From positions 21,762,001 through 21,826,000 of the forward strand of contig NC_043022.1 of assembly GCF_006345805.1 (NCBI RefSeq): a stretch of DNA of 64,000 nucleotides, given 5' to 3'. The first letter of the stretch is position 1. Every line of letters starts with the position of its first letter. The notes under the pieces were generated by a model, which saw only the letters and a program-made list of their open reading frames with translations, was not told where the DNA came from and did not search any database. The translations under genes and the position numbers were made by a program. Shown here piece by piece: positions 34,995-47,623 of this stretch. The stretch comes from Octopus sinensis (lineage: Eukaryota).

Positions 34995-35400
34995 ATCATC
35001 GTCATTATTGTTTAACGTCTGCTTTCCATGCTAGCATGGGTTGGATGATTTTGACTGAGGGTTGGCGAACCAGATGGCTGCACAAGGCTCCGATCTTGAT
35101 TTGGCAGAGTTTCTACTGCTGGTTGCCTTTCTAATGCCAACCACTCCGAGAGTGTAGTGGGTGCTTTTTACGTGCCACCGGCACGGGGGCCAGTCAGGCG
35201 GTACTGGCAACGACTTCGCTCGAATCCTTTTACACATGCCACCAGCACAGGTGCCAGTAAGGCGACGCTGGTAATGATCACGCTCGAATGGTGCCCTTTA
35301 AGTGCCACTGGCACGGAAGCCTGTTAGCCGCTCTGTCAATGATCACGCTCATATGGTGCTCTTTGCACCCTGCTAGCACGGACGCCAGTCATCGAATTTG
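34995..35400 (-). mobile_element. Family E copy (long form)
   Basis: Reverse complement of 20935-21300 and 56720-57115. Confidence 0.85.
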
Positions 35401-35419
35401 ATTTTGCTTTTGATTGATT

Positions 35420-36020
35420 GAAGACACTAAAGATATGGCCAGCAGGAAGGGATACAGTAGGTATTCTGATTGTGTCTGCATGGTGGAATTCATCTCCACA
35501 TCATTGAACAGGATCTTGGGTGCAATTCAGGTGGCTGTGTGAAGCTCCTGTAGACAGTGGTCAATCCCTGGCTGGAGAGGATTGCTGCTGGAAGGTCATA
35601 TCAGTTGAGTACGAGTTGGTTCCTTGCCATACCTCTGGAAAGAGTCAGAAGTGGTTGTCAGAGAATTTCTTCAACTTCACCAGCTGCAATTTCTTATTTC
35701 TTTATTACCCACAAGGGGACAAACAAGGACAGACAAACGGATTAAGTCGATTATATCGACCCCAGTGCATAACTGGTACTTATTTAATCGACCCCGAAAG
35801 GATGAAAGGCAAAGTCGACCTCGGCGGAATTTGAACTTTGAATGTAGCGGTGGACGAAATGCCACAAAGCATTTCGCCCGGCGTGCTAACGGTTCTGCCA
35901 GCTCGCCGCCTAGCTGTAATTTCTGTCCTCCTAATCCCCACCAGTTGTAATATCATGGATTACTTTGTGTTGGGCATGGTTGAGAAATATACCAACCACT
36001 CTATCTGTAATACTATAAGT
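35420..36020 (+). mobile_element. DD37D (maT-like) transposase fragment with a nested family B SINE (about 35691-35910)
   Basis: VPCHTSGKSQKWLSENFFNFTS.NF.PPNP...MDYFV; SINE flanked by agctg(c/t)aatttct direct repeats. Confidence 0.7.
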
Positions 36021-36184
36021 CGGCAAATGTGTGACAGAGTTGACAGATGGTTAATGAATAGATATGTTTTGATTGAACAATTAGATCTCTTGTTTGTTGA
36101 AATGGACTAGGAGGTTCATCATGCTTGTATGTACTCAAATTATCTATTAATGTTATTGCTTTAGACATATTTCCCACTCACATA

Positions 36185-36585
36185 TACTCTTTTACTTGTT
36201 TCAGTCATTTGACTGCGGCCATGCTGGAGCACCGCCTTTAGTCGAGCAAATCGACACCGGGACTTATTCTTTGTAAGCCCAGTACTTATTCTATCGGTCT
36301 CTTTTGCCGAACCGCTAAGTGAGAGGGACGTAAACACACCAGCATCGGTTGTCAAGCAATGCTAAGGGGACAAACACAGACACACAAACAGACACATACA
36401 CATATATATATACATATATACGACAGGCTTCTTTCAGTTTCCGTCTACCAAATCCACTCACAAGGCATTGGTCGGCCCGGGGCTATAGCAGAAGACACTT
36501 GCCCAAGATGCCACGCAGTGGGATTGAACCCGGAACCACGTGGTTGGTTAGCAAGCTACTTACCACACAGCCACTCCTGCGCCTA
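36185..36585 (-). mobile_element. Family A SINE, full length, about 90 bp upstream of the first coding-exon acceptor
   Basis: Reverse complement of family A. Confidence 0.92.
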
Positions 36586-36695
36586 TTTATGTTATGTTAT
36601 TTATGTTAAATATATATATATTAAATATATTTATGTTAAATGTTATTCTACATCTTTTTATCATTTATTTCAGCTAAAGCTTATGTTGGACCAAG

Positions 36696-37041
36696 ATGCC
36701 ACCAAGCTCAGGAGAACTATGGGGCCTACATTTGATGCCTTCACAGATCGATGTCGATTGTCTGTTGCCAACAGGAATTTTAGTACCTCTTCGTTGTAAT
36801 CGCAATGCCACGCTAGAGAGTATCAAGACAGACCTCTGGGTAGAGGCAAAGAAATACCCATTCCATACAAAACTCCTAAACCCAACCTCATATGTATTTG
36901 TCAGCATCACACAAGATGCTGAACATGAGGAATTCTTTGATGAAACTAAAAGACTTTGTGATTTGAGACTTTTCTTGCCTTGGCTGAAGGTTGTTGAACC
37001 CGAGGGTAACAGAGAAGAGAAAAAATTGAATTATGAAATTG
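36696..37041 (+). CDS. PIK3CA: PI3K p110-alpha coding exon 1 (adaptor-binding domain); exon acceptor at 36673/36674, ATG at 36696
   Basis: [15 protein letters not shown]...[39 protein letters not shown] matches the p110-alpha N-terminus. Acceptor tttcag|, donor G|gtgtgt (phase 1). Confidence 0.97.
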
Positions 37042-38463
37042 GTGTGTTTTTTTAAGTATTTCTTTTTCCATTTTTTTCTTTTAAGTGTTAAATATTTGGA
37101 TCACCTCAAGAACTATCACTTTAGCCTACTGAGTGCTGATTCTGCCAGTTTTTTTTTTGCCAGCTGAAGATTTATCACCCTATCAAAGTCTGAAGTGATG
37201 ATTAGAATATTTTTTTTGATTTTCTTTTCTATTCGTCAATTAATCTAGTGATTGAGAAGATTAACATAAAATCCAAGACATTTCCACTGTGACTGTCACA
37301 TTTTTTTCTTTGCACGGTGTATTTAGACCCATATCCAATTCATCCTCTTTTTGAAGACAATATAGTTTGATATGAGAGTGATTTTGCCACTATCTCTTGT
37401 TTTCTAGCAGTTTGAGTGACCATGTAAAGATTTCCTTTAGTTTTACCTTAGTACTAGTGCAGTTAGGGCATTTGCTTAACCCTTTAGCATTTAATCTGGT
37501 CGTATTTGGCCAAAATAATCTACCATTTTCTTCCTCCTAACCTACTTATTTAATCTATTCTCAAAATTTCACCACCACCCCCTGCCAGAGCGTTGTGGGG
37601 CTTTTAGGTGCTTTTGCTCAATAAACATGCGCAATGCCTGGTCTGGGGATCGAAACCGTGATCCTCCGACCGTGAGCCCGCTGCCCTAACCACTGGGCCA
37701 TTGCGCCTCCACATGTGGAATTAATACCAGCACACTATCCATACCATGGATAAGAAGCCTTTTTACCCATTCTATACAACACATTCCTTGGATATTGGAA
37801 CAGCAAAATTAACATCCAACATATATTTCTATTTTTATTCATTTTATTCTTATATTTCCATTTATACTTCCTATATCTTTCCCTTTCCAAAATAACTTCT
37901 TATATTGAACCCCACTATTTCCTTCTATTCAACTCTCTCGTGTCGTCTCTGATGATGGGATATCTTTTATATCCTTGAAACAGCTGTAAGACTACCCTTC
38001 ACTTTATAAAATGTCCTAGAAATTTCACACTTCCTTGGCTTTGTTGTCTCATTTTATTTAGCCTGTACACACTCACACACGATCCATGTTAGACTCCTCA
38101 CTCATGCTATTATCAAACCGGGAGTCTAACAGCAGTTTTTCCATAACACTTACATAGCCTTACTTTTCTTTTGGATCTTCTGGATACCAAAACCTCACAC
38201 ACACACACATATACATACATATACACATATACATATGTGATGGACTTCTTTCAGTTTCTCTCTACTAAATCCACACTCAAAGCTTTGGCTGGCCCTAGGC
38301 TATAGAAGACGACACTTGCTCAAGATGCCAAGGAGTAGGATTGAACCCTTGTTAGAAATTATTAATTGTTATTCCAAAATCTATTTGGTTTTGCTGTCTT
38401 TGAAGTTTGAGATCTATCTTTATTGGTGTATTTTATAATTATTGTTTTCTTCTCAATTGTTAG

Positions 38464-38673
38464 GTATGGCCGTTGGTATTCCAATAAGTGATTTCAATGA
38501 GATGAAAGAACTTGAAGTGATGACATTCCGTCGTAACATTCTGGAAGTTTGTAAAGAGGTAGTGGCTTGCCGAGATGATAAAGCTGGCCATAAACGAGCC
38601 CTGTACAGTTATCCCCCTGAAGTGGAATCTTCCAGAACAAATCCCAGTCATGTGCAAAAAAAGTTAAATAGAG
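38464..38673 (+). CDS. PIK3CA: PIK3CA coding exon 2 (ABD-RBD linker), 210 nt
   Basis: tag|GT ATG GCC... gives (G)MAVGIPISDFNEMKELEVMTFRRNILEVCKEVV...YSYPPEVES...KKLNR; donor G|gtaggt. In frame with flanking exons. Confidence 0.96.
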
Positions 38674-38776
38674 GTAGGTAGACTTTGTTGTATTCAATAT
38701 ATACACTACATACACACATACATACATATATACATACATACCTACATACATACATGTATATGTATGTATATATATA

Positions 38777-38808
<32 letters not shown>

Positions 38809-38850
38809 GCATATATGTGTGTGTGTATATATATATATATATATTATATA

Positions 38851-38881
<31 letters not shown>

Positions 38882-38882
<1 letters not shown>

Positions 38883-39216
38883 AGGCGCATGGCTCAGTGG
38901 TTAGAGCGTCGAACTTACGATTGTGAGGTTGTGAGTTCGAATCCCGGACCAGGCTGCATGTTGTGTTCTTGAGCAAAACACTTTATTTCACGTTGCTCCA
39001 GTTCACTCAGCTGTAGAAATGAGTTGCGACGTCACAGGTGCTAAGCTGTATCGGCCCCTTTGCCTTTCCCTTGGATAACACTGGTGGCGTGGAGGGGGAA
39101 GGCCAGTATGCATGGGCGACTGCTGGTCTTCCATAAACAACCTTGCCCGGACTTGTGCCTGGGAGGGTAACTTCCAGGTGCAATCCCACGGTCGGTCATG
39201 ACCGAAGGGGGTCTCA
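38882..39216 (+). mobile_element. tRNA-derived SINE, family D
   Basis: A box TGGCTCAGTGG, B box GAGTTCGAATCC; body shared with 5690-5995. Confidence 0.9.
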
Positions 39217-39420
39217 TATACTCGTGTATGTAAACTCTTAGCATCCTGTATGACATGAATCCACCCAACAACTTATCTGTTTGTCAGTCAATCCTATACT
39301 ACATAAATCAAACTATCTTTGTTTACATTCATTTTAAAGGCAGTTAGGAACTCTCTAAAACATCAAATCCTTCCTCTATTATTTAACATTCTGTAACTTG
39401 CAAAAATTAATATCAGCCCA

Positions 39421-39713
39421 TGTTCAATTCAATTCAATTCAATTCAGTTTTTTATTGGCTCAAAAAGCAAAAGCAAGGCCATGTAGGGGGACAGGGAGTT
39501 ATGTACAGGGAGGGTGGTCATACAAAGAGTTCAGGCCATTTCTGGTCAAGAGAGACTTTGAACCGAGCGGTCATCGGCATCTTCACTATCTCGTCCGGCA
39601 GCTTATTCCACGGATCCGCAACCTGGACGGAGAAAGCCCCTCTCCTTCGATTGAGATGAAATCGTCGTAGATAGAGCTTTTCGGAGTGACCCCGCAGCCC
39701 ACACTCTGGAGTG
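39421..39713 (-). mobile_element. CR1/L2-like LINE 3' end with (TTGAA)n tail
   Basis: Same body as 21931-22260. Confidence 0.85.
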
Positions 39714-39767
39714 TTGCTGAAGTTTTGTGATTTTATTCCTTTATCGAAATTTAAAAAGAAATTTATT

Positions 39768-39916
39768 GAAACTTACTTTGAAAGTGAAACTTACTTTGAA
39801 AGTGAAACTTACTTTGAAAGTGAAACTTACTTTGAAAGTGAAACTTACTTTGAAAGTGAAACTTACTTTGAAAGTGAAACTTACTTTGAAATTTTATTGA
39901 AACTTACTTTGAAAGT
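39768..39916. repeat. 18-bp minisatellite GAAACTTACTTTGAAAGT, about 8 units
   Basis: Six perfect units 39768-39875, one variant unit, one more after a 5-bp gap. Confidence 0.97.
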
Positions 39917-40364
39917 GACAACTTATTCGATGATTTAATTGATGATTTAATGACAGATAAGGCTGTTGGCTTTGGAGATGATAACCAGAGTAGTATATCC
40001 GTTCCTTCAGTACAAGTGAGAAATCTGTCTGACTTCAAGCCATCCAATTTTTCATTTGACTTGGACATTATATTATCTGCAGAAGGGTTGAACCCTTTTT
40101 TTTTTTAATCACGAAATTGAATCTTTTGTAAGTGTTGTTGGTTCACAAATAGCTTTGGGGTTTGTTGTGGAGCATGTTGATTATTTTCCCAACCTTTTAT
40201 GTTGAATTTGATTGGTTTGTGATATTTGTATGTCCATGTCTGTTACTATTAACATTTGATTTTTATTACTAACATCTTTTTCATGATCTTTTTTGAGTGT
40301 ATCTGTTTTATAGTTATGTAATTAAGTAACAACATTGCTTTAAGCACAAATAGCTACTTTATAC

Positions 40365-40585
40365 AATAGGGTGTGCTGAAAAGTTCCTGGTTTTAAAGGT
40401 ATTGTGAAAGGCCTAGTTTGAGGCCCAACCTCCTGAATTGCTTTACAGGGCTTTAGAAAAGCTGAAGGACTGCTGCAATAAGTGTGTGAATTTGAGAGAG
40501 GAATATGATAAATAAAATCATAATTAAATGATCCTCCTGTCTTTTCTATTACCCAAAGCCAGGAACTTTCCAGCACCCCCTTGTA
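40365..40585. mobile_element. Mariner-derived MITE
   Basis: gggtgtgctgaaaagttcctgg / ccaggaactttccagcacccc TIRs. A second copy at about 41715-42368 is split by a family F MITE. Confidence 0.8.
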
Positions 40586-40764
40586 CACTCATGTAAAAGT
40601 TGAAATTTTTGGAACCAGTTTTTAAGGTTAAAATTTTGAGTACTTCTTTCAAGGGCTTCAAATTCATTCTAAAATCAAAAAATACCAAATGGCCTCTAAA
40701 CAAATTTAAAACGTAGTGAACTATAGTAATAATACTAATTGTACTTATCCAAGCACACATCAAT

Positions 40765-41590
40765 CTAAGATGTTGCTACACATCGCTGGTCACAATACAC
40801 TTTGCATTGTTTTAGCCTTTAAATGACGCCACCCCGCTGGCTAAGTAAGCAGGCCAACAGAAGAAAGGGTGAGAGAAAGTTGTGGTGAAAGAGTACAGCA
40901 GGGATTGCCACCACCCCCTGCTGGAGCCTCGTGGAGCTTTAGGTGTTTTCACTCAATAAACACTCACAACACCCGGTCTGGGAATTGAAACCGCGATCCT
41001 ACAACTGTGAGTCCGCTGCCCTAACCACTGGGCCATTGTGCCTCCACCCATCTAAATGACAATTACCATAAAGCTGCTTATTTCTTACAAGTATTTACTT
41101 GTGTCTAACATTCAACAGGTTCGTTAAGGGAAATCAATTTACATCTCATTATTGTATGAGAGTTATCCCAAAAGTAATGCAAAAATGGGCATACTGTTTT
41201 TATTAACATAGGTGTAGGAGTGGCTGTGTGGTAAGTAGCTTGTTAACCAACCACATGGTTCCAGGTTCAGTCAAACTGCGTGGCACCTTGGGCAAGTGTC
41301 TTCTACTATAGCCTCGGGTCGACCAAAGCCTTGTGAGTGGATTTGGGAGACGGAAACTGAAAGAAGCCTGTCGTATATATGTATATATATGTGTGTGTCT
41401 GTGTTTGTCCCCCCAATATCGCTTGACAACCGATGGTAGTGTGTTTACGTCACCGTTACTTAGCAGTTCGGCAAAAGCGACCGATAGAATAAATACTAGG
41501 CTTATAAAGAATAAGTCCTGGGGTCGATTTGCTCGACTAAAGGCGGTGCTCCAGCATGGCCACAGTCAAATGACTGAAACAAGTAAAAGG
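40765..41590. mobile_element. Family C SINE (-, 40765-41050) and family A SINE (+, 41210-41590)
   Basis: Match other copies in the window. Confidence 0.85.
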
Positions 41591-41879
41591 GTAGTTGTAC
41601 ATGTTGGTAGGATGGTTGGATAATCCTCTACTGTTCTTCATTTCAGGCAAATAATGAGTTTCAAGCTAAAACAACGTGTTGTCATTGAGTTTTTGATTGA
41701 GGAAGGGGTTCAAACTATGAGAGGGTGCTCAGAGTTCCTGGTTTTAAGGGTATTGCAAAAGGCCTGATTGGTGGCCAGCCTTCCAAGTTCTTTTACAGGA
41801 CTTAGGAAATCTGAAGGGCTACTGCAATAAGTGTGTGAATTTGAGAGGGGAATATGTTGAATGAAATTACAATTAACTG

Positions 41880-42312
41880 ATTTAGATGTTTTCGGTTTGA
41901 ATGGCAGTTTTTAAAAATAATTTCCATGTAACTAAACACTTTTAAACTTTGTATACTGGTAGAATGTGTTTATAAAACATCTTTTTCTCTTGGCTTTATT
42001 GAGAAAATTTTATAGTTTGTAAGATATTTGGTTTTTTTTTTTTTCAATTTCTGCAATTTCAAACAATCACTGATGTCCATTGAGGTAAAAAACATTCTGT
42101 GCCGTATGAATATGTCCCTCGTTTAAGAAACAGATTGGGTTTATTTACATTTGTGAAGAAAAAACGATACCCTTCCCCCCATCCCTAACCCTAACTAACC
42201 CTAACCCTACAACAGATTGAAATGCAATAGATCGATACTAGGGTCATAATTATGGGTGACAATTTCATATGACACCGCTAGAAAAAACTGCCATTCAAAC
42301 TGAAAAGATCCC
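41880..42312. mobile_element. MITE family F nested in a mariner MITE
   Basis: Family F body and TIRs; host MITE resumes at ttgatcctcctg. Confidence 0.85.
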
Positions 42313-42369
42313 TTGATCCTCCTGTATTTTCTTTTACCCAAAGCTAGGAACTTTTTAGCACCCCCTTGT

Positions 42370-43930
42370 GTATCTCACATACACAGAAGGCTACAGGTTA
42401 TTTACAGAGATAACATTATTGACAAAAGTAATGTGCACAGATGGATGAAGTAGTTTAAAAAAGGTGAAGCCAGCATTGAAGATGAACCACACAGTGGCAG
42501 ACCATCAACTACGGCCACCAATACAGATTGCCAGTAACTGTATTAACTGATTTGTGCAGACATGAGCCAGAATCCATGTGTTTGCTGCACAACTGAACTG
42601 TGGTCACAATGAATTGCAGAAGATGGTTGAAGACTTTGGGTATCAGAAAGTATGTGCAAAGTGAGTACCTTAGCAGCTGACACCTGGTTTGAAGGAGTGA
42701 AGGGTGGTCTTTTGTTCTGCTGGGAGTATTTGAAGCCAAGGAAGATGCAATTTTTTGCCAATCCATCAACAGGGGGTTTATCTTTATAACATAGGAGTGG
42801 CTGTGTGGTAAGTAGCTTGCTTACCAACCACATAGTTCCGGGTTCAGTCCCACTGCGTGGCACCTTGGGCAAGTGTCTTCTACTATAGCCTTGGGCTGAC
42901 CAAAGCCTTGTGAATGGATTTGGTAGACGGAAACTGAAAGAAGCCCGTCTTATATATGTATACGTATATATATGTATGTGTGTCTGTGTTTGTTGCCCCC
43001 CCCCCCAACATCGCTTGACAACCGATGCTGGTGTGTTTACGTCCCCGTAACTTAGCAGTTCAGCAAAAGAGAGTGATAGAATAAGTACTAGGCTTGCAAA
43101 GAATAAGTCCTGGGGTCGATATGCTTGACAAAAGGTGGTGCTCCAGCATGGCCACAGTCAAATGACTGAAACAAGTAAAAGAGTAATCCATAAATGAAGG
43201 TGTCACATCTTTTCTCAAAGGCCTAAGAAATTCTTGAGCCAGCGATTGGCACAGGACGTCATGGTGACTGCTTGGGAGATGACAAAGGTGTCATTCTCCT
43301 TGATTTTTCTGGAACATGGTTGTACCATGACCAATATGTGGGACACAGGTGCTCAAAAAACTTAACCCTTTAGCATTTAAACTGGCCATATCCGGCCTAA
43401 AATATTCTACCTGCTTTACATGCAAACTGACTAGATTCAGCCTCTCACACTTATCCTACAACATCATTGAAAGAATAAGCAATCACATCACTGAAGTTTC
43501 AAAGCTACAAGATAATAGTTTATCAATTCAAAACAATGTGATAAATAAGCATTACATTTGACAGAATAATCTGAATGCTAAAGGGTTAAAGGAGCTATTT
43601 GGAGGAAGAGACCAAAGAAGACTCTGAAAATAACCTGCATTCACCATAACCATGCACAATCACACACAACTTAGGCAACAAGTCAGATGGGTAGAAAATT
43701 GTGCTGGCTGGTAGTTCCTCCAATTAATATACAACCTAGATGTGGTGCCTTCTGACTTCCTATTCAAGACAATGAAGTACAATCTTCAAGGACAATGATT
43801 CGGTGACTGAGGTAGGCTATTAGTGTCTGTGAAGAAGTGGGTACATCAGTGCACACCTGAATTTCTTTTGGAGGAAGTTTCAAGGGTTGGGTTTTTATGA
43901 TGACACAAATGCATCACGTGTCATGGAAAT
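42370..43930 (+). mobile_element. Degenerate mariner split by a family A SINE (42790-43185) and a TTAA MITE (43365-43590)
   Basis: DKSNVHRWMK.FKKGEASIEDEPHSGRPST...YQKVCAK.VP.QLT...GVILLDFLEHG...DVVPSDFL. Confidence 0.7.
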
Positions 43931-44690
43931 TATGAGGTTGGCTGAAAAGTTCAGATGTGGATCAAGATACTCTCATGGAATGTAACCAAATGAGGTTTAT
44001 TTTTCAACATTTTAATTTAATTTTTTTTTTTTTACCTCAGAAAGCAAGGCCATGTAGGGGGACATGGAGTTATGAACAGCGTGGGTGTTCATACACAGGG
44101 TTCAGGCCATTTCTGGTCAAGAGAGACTTAGAACTGAGCGGTCGTCGGCATCTTCACTATCCATAGTCCTCCTTGTGGTCCAAGCCCTTCTTCCATCAAT
44201 GTTGAAGTGCTTGGACCCCATCAGTGAAGAAGCTTTCATCCTGTTGCTGATAAAAAATCATCAACAGTAGATGCCACATCATCATCGGTGTGATACTGGT
44301 TCTCAGCCAAGAGAAAAGGGAGGGTGATCAACCAGTTCAAAGCCACAGTCATGCACAGTAACCATTGAAAGCAAGGACTTGTGTGCTGAAGCATTGTCCT
44401 GATGAAACAAGACCCCTTTCATCAGTTTTCCAAGGTATTTGCTCTTGATAACCTTTTGTAACTGCCTTAGAAAGTTGATATAGTATTCTCTATTGATAGT
44501 ATGGCACTTTTGAAGATAGTCAACAAACACAATGCCTTTTGCATCCCAAAAACTGAGGTCGTCACCTTCCTTGCAGATGAAATAACCTTGATCTTCTTTG
44601 GAGCAAGTGAGGAAGGGCAGTTTCCACTGCATGGATTGTCTCTTTGTCTCAGGCTCAAAGTGATGGACCCATTACTCACCCTGGGTTAGG
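43931..44690 (-). mobile_element. Mariner transposase 3' part and terminus, with a nested CR1/L2 fragment (about 44030-44157)
   Basis: FWDAKGIVFVDYLQKCHTINREYY...GVLFHQDNASAHKS...CGFELVDHPPFS. Confidence 0.85.
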
Positions 44691-44859
44691 AAATGTTCAA
44701 GGGAACCAGCTAGATCTGTCTCAAACAATATCAGATTTTCCTATTATGTTTCTTCTTCTTCGTGGCTGGATTAGGGACTCCTTTTTTCTTACATTTTTAT
44801 TTTTGATTAGTTCAAGACCATGAAATATGATAACAACAACAGCAACTGTAATGTAGCAT

Positions 44860-45045
44860 TGGTGTTCATGTACAAGCATTGTACAATCTACTTTACTCTG
44901 AGACAGACCTTTTGTTTCCAATAGATGTAAAAGCTCTCTGAACATTCTGTATCCTATTCTTATAGTAACTATACTTTCAGAACATCCTCTTCCACTGCAG
45001 ATTAGATCATCTAGGTAACAGTGGAACCCTTTCCCTAGAACCATT
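44860..45045 (-). mobile_element. RTE LINE reverse-transcriptase C-terminal fragment
   Basis: FHCYLDDLICSGRGCSESIVTIRIGYRMFRELLHLLETKGLS resembles RTE YLGD..S.GGGC...RIR..W.KFRELLPLL. Confidence 0.7.
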
Positions 45046-45249
45046 CCTTTTGAGAAAATCTATTTCTTGTGTATTCTTAATGTTTATTGTTCCTGCACAT
45101 ACTAAGTCTATTTTTCCTGTGTATCTTTCTGTAATTCCACTGCCCCTCTGAAATTTCTACCTGCACAAATCATTGTGTATGACCCCTTCCTGGATGACAT
45201 GATTAACCATATGGATGACTAGGCCATATCCCACTCATCCAGTTATTTT

Positions 45250-46430
45250 AATATTGGTTGATATATTTTCCTACATCTCTGATGAAACTTAGTAGGATTC
45301 GTTGCTGTCTCCAAGCATTTAAGGTTTTCAGAAAATTCTGATGGGATATATTGAATAGTTTTCTTATATCCTGCTTTCCTAAGTGCACTGTTAAAGAAGT
45401 CTACGTTTTGGTTAGAAATTTCTTTGTTAGCTGATAAATTAGAAATTCTGGAGGAAGCACTATTGATAATAGAATTCATAACAGCCCTTGGATGACTGGA
45501 TTTTCTATCCATGTTGTTGAGGTTTCCATTTGGCTTATGATATGTTCTATATGGACCTGTATTTAGCTTAAGCATGACATTGAGGAAATAGATCAGCCTA
45601 TGTTCATCCTCAATGGCTATGGATAAATCTGTATTTTAAATTTTTTAAAGATATTTCCAAGTCTTTTACCAATCCTTTCAATTTCCACAGCGTTGGAGTC
45701 CCAGAAAATGAATAGTGCATCATCCCAAGACATACTGCTCACAATATCTAGAAAATCATTTTTAATCTACTCAAAATATAAATATCTATTAAGTCTGTAA
45801 TCTGTATTGAATCACTTGAACCCATGATCACATAATTTTTTTAACCTATCTTTCCTATTCCAGAACTTCCTAGTGAAGTTAATAAGTTTTCTTCTAGCAG
45901 TAAGAATTATATATTTCTCCTAGATAATTTTGAGTTCTTAAAAGCAAAGATTCGAGATTTATCTAAAAGTATAGTGGTGACACTAGAATAGTAGCTGTTA
46001 ATATTTACTTGAATAAATTTGCAATTCTTCTTATGGTGTAATTTTTTCAAAAATCAATCTATAACATTAGTTGTATTTGACCATAAGTCTCATTTCGCCT
46101 TAGTTATAAGTTCAGAAATAACTCTGTCTAAAATCTACTTGCTTACACTACCTCTATTCAGTCGAAAGGAACAAATCAATCCTAACAAAATTTGGTTTGT
46201 GATCTTTCAAATTAATTTTAAGAAATTTAGGTGTAGTAGGCTCTGTACGATTCTCCATCCCAAGTTTACACACTATACTCTGGCATTCCTTATGAATATT
46301 CCTTTGAGGTGGTCCTTAAGAATCATGCTTTTATAATCCTCAATTTTTAGGTTGTAAAGATTCCCTGCCTTATTCAAATTTATAAGTATTCCAAAAGAGT
46401 TCTTCAATTTTAATTTTTCAATTCTTTCAT
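45250..46430 (-). mobile_element. Penelope-like element reverse-transcriptase fossil
   Basis: With stops and frameshifts: KINLKDHKPNF...SK.ILDRVI...LWSNTTNVIDWF...WDDALF...IERIGKRL...FLNVMLKLNTGPYRTYHKPN...SSHP...RISNLS...SALRKAGY. Confidence 0.82.
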
Positions 46431-46437
46431 CTTTTTG

Positions 46438-46474
<37 letters not shown>

Positions 46475-46494
46475 ATATATATATCTATGTATAA

Positions 46495-47580
46495 ATCGAA
46501 ATTGAACCAATCCTATGAATGGCACCCGGCAGTTGCCAGTGCTGCTGGACTGACTCCTGTGCAGGTGCCAAGTAAAGAAACACAGTTTCGACCCTGTGCT
46601 TGAGGAGACCTATTGAGTCAAGTACATCAACATCAAAAATCAATCGAAATTGTAGTTGTGATCCCTGTGCCGGTGGCACGTAAAAAGCACCATCCGAACG
46701 TGGCCAATTCCAGCGCCACCTTGATTGGCTTCCGTGCCGGTGGCACATGAAAATCACCAATCCGATCGTGGCCGTTGCCAGCCTCGCCTGGCACGTAAAA
46801 AGCACCCACTACACTCACAGAGTGGTTGGCGTTAGGAAGGGCATCCAGCTGTAGAAACACTGCCAGATCAGACTGGGGCCTGGTGCAGCCTTCTGGCTTC
46901 CCAGATCCCGGTTGAACCGTCCAACCCATGCTAGCATGGAAAACGGGCGTTAAACGATGATGATGATGATACAGATATAAAAAGAAAGAGTGAAAGTGAG
47001 AGCAATAAAGAATGAGAAAGTTCAACATATTAGTAATTAATGTACAGCATTCTTTATTTTTAGATGTTTTATTTATTCTTACTATCAAAACCGTTCCTGT
47101 CTGGGTTTATGCTATTTGTCCTATGTTACTTAGCAGCTCGCAATTATGACATAAGTGTAGCTGAGCAAGAATATATTTTGAACTATAAGAAGTATTTAAC
47201 TGATTTTATTTTTACTTTGAGTAATTGACTTAAATCATATCTGACATTTAATCTGCTAGGAGGTTCGTTGATGAAGGATTATATCCATTTGGTATATTTG
47301 CATGCTGTTAACACCCCCATGAAGTGAAATAAGTTTATCCTCCATCACAAGTTTATTTCTTAAGTTGATTGTGTTTCAAGTCAGGATGTCTGAGGAAGTG
47401 AATGATCTGTAATATTATTACATATATTGCTTAACTTTATATATAGTATAGGCGTAGGAGTGGCTGTATGGTAAATAGCTTGCTTACCAACCACATGGTT
47501 CCGTCTTCTACTATAGCCTCGGGCCGACCAAAGCCTTCTGAGTGGATTTGGTAGACGGAAACTGAAAGAAGCCCGTCATA

Positions 47581-47623
<43 letters not shown>

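Noticed and set aside
38882-38960. tRNA genes (A/B boxes here and at 31945, 53310, 59700, 61440)
   Set aside because: These are SINE heads continuing into shared SINE bodies, without complete cloverleaf acceptor stems.
39768-39916. CRISPR array, or an ETYFES-repeat protein (ORF 39711-39938)
   Set aside because: Repeats are contiguous with no spacers, there are no cas genes, and the context is a eukaryotic intron. The ORF only reads through the minisatellite.
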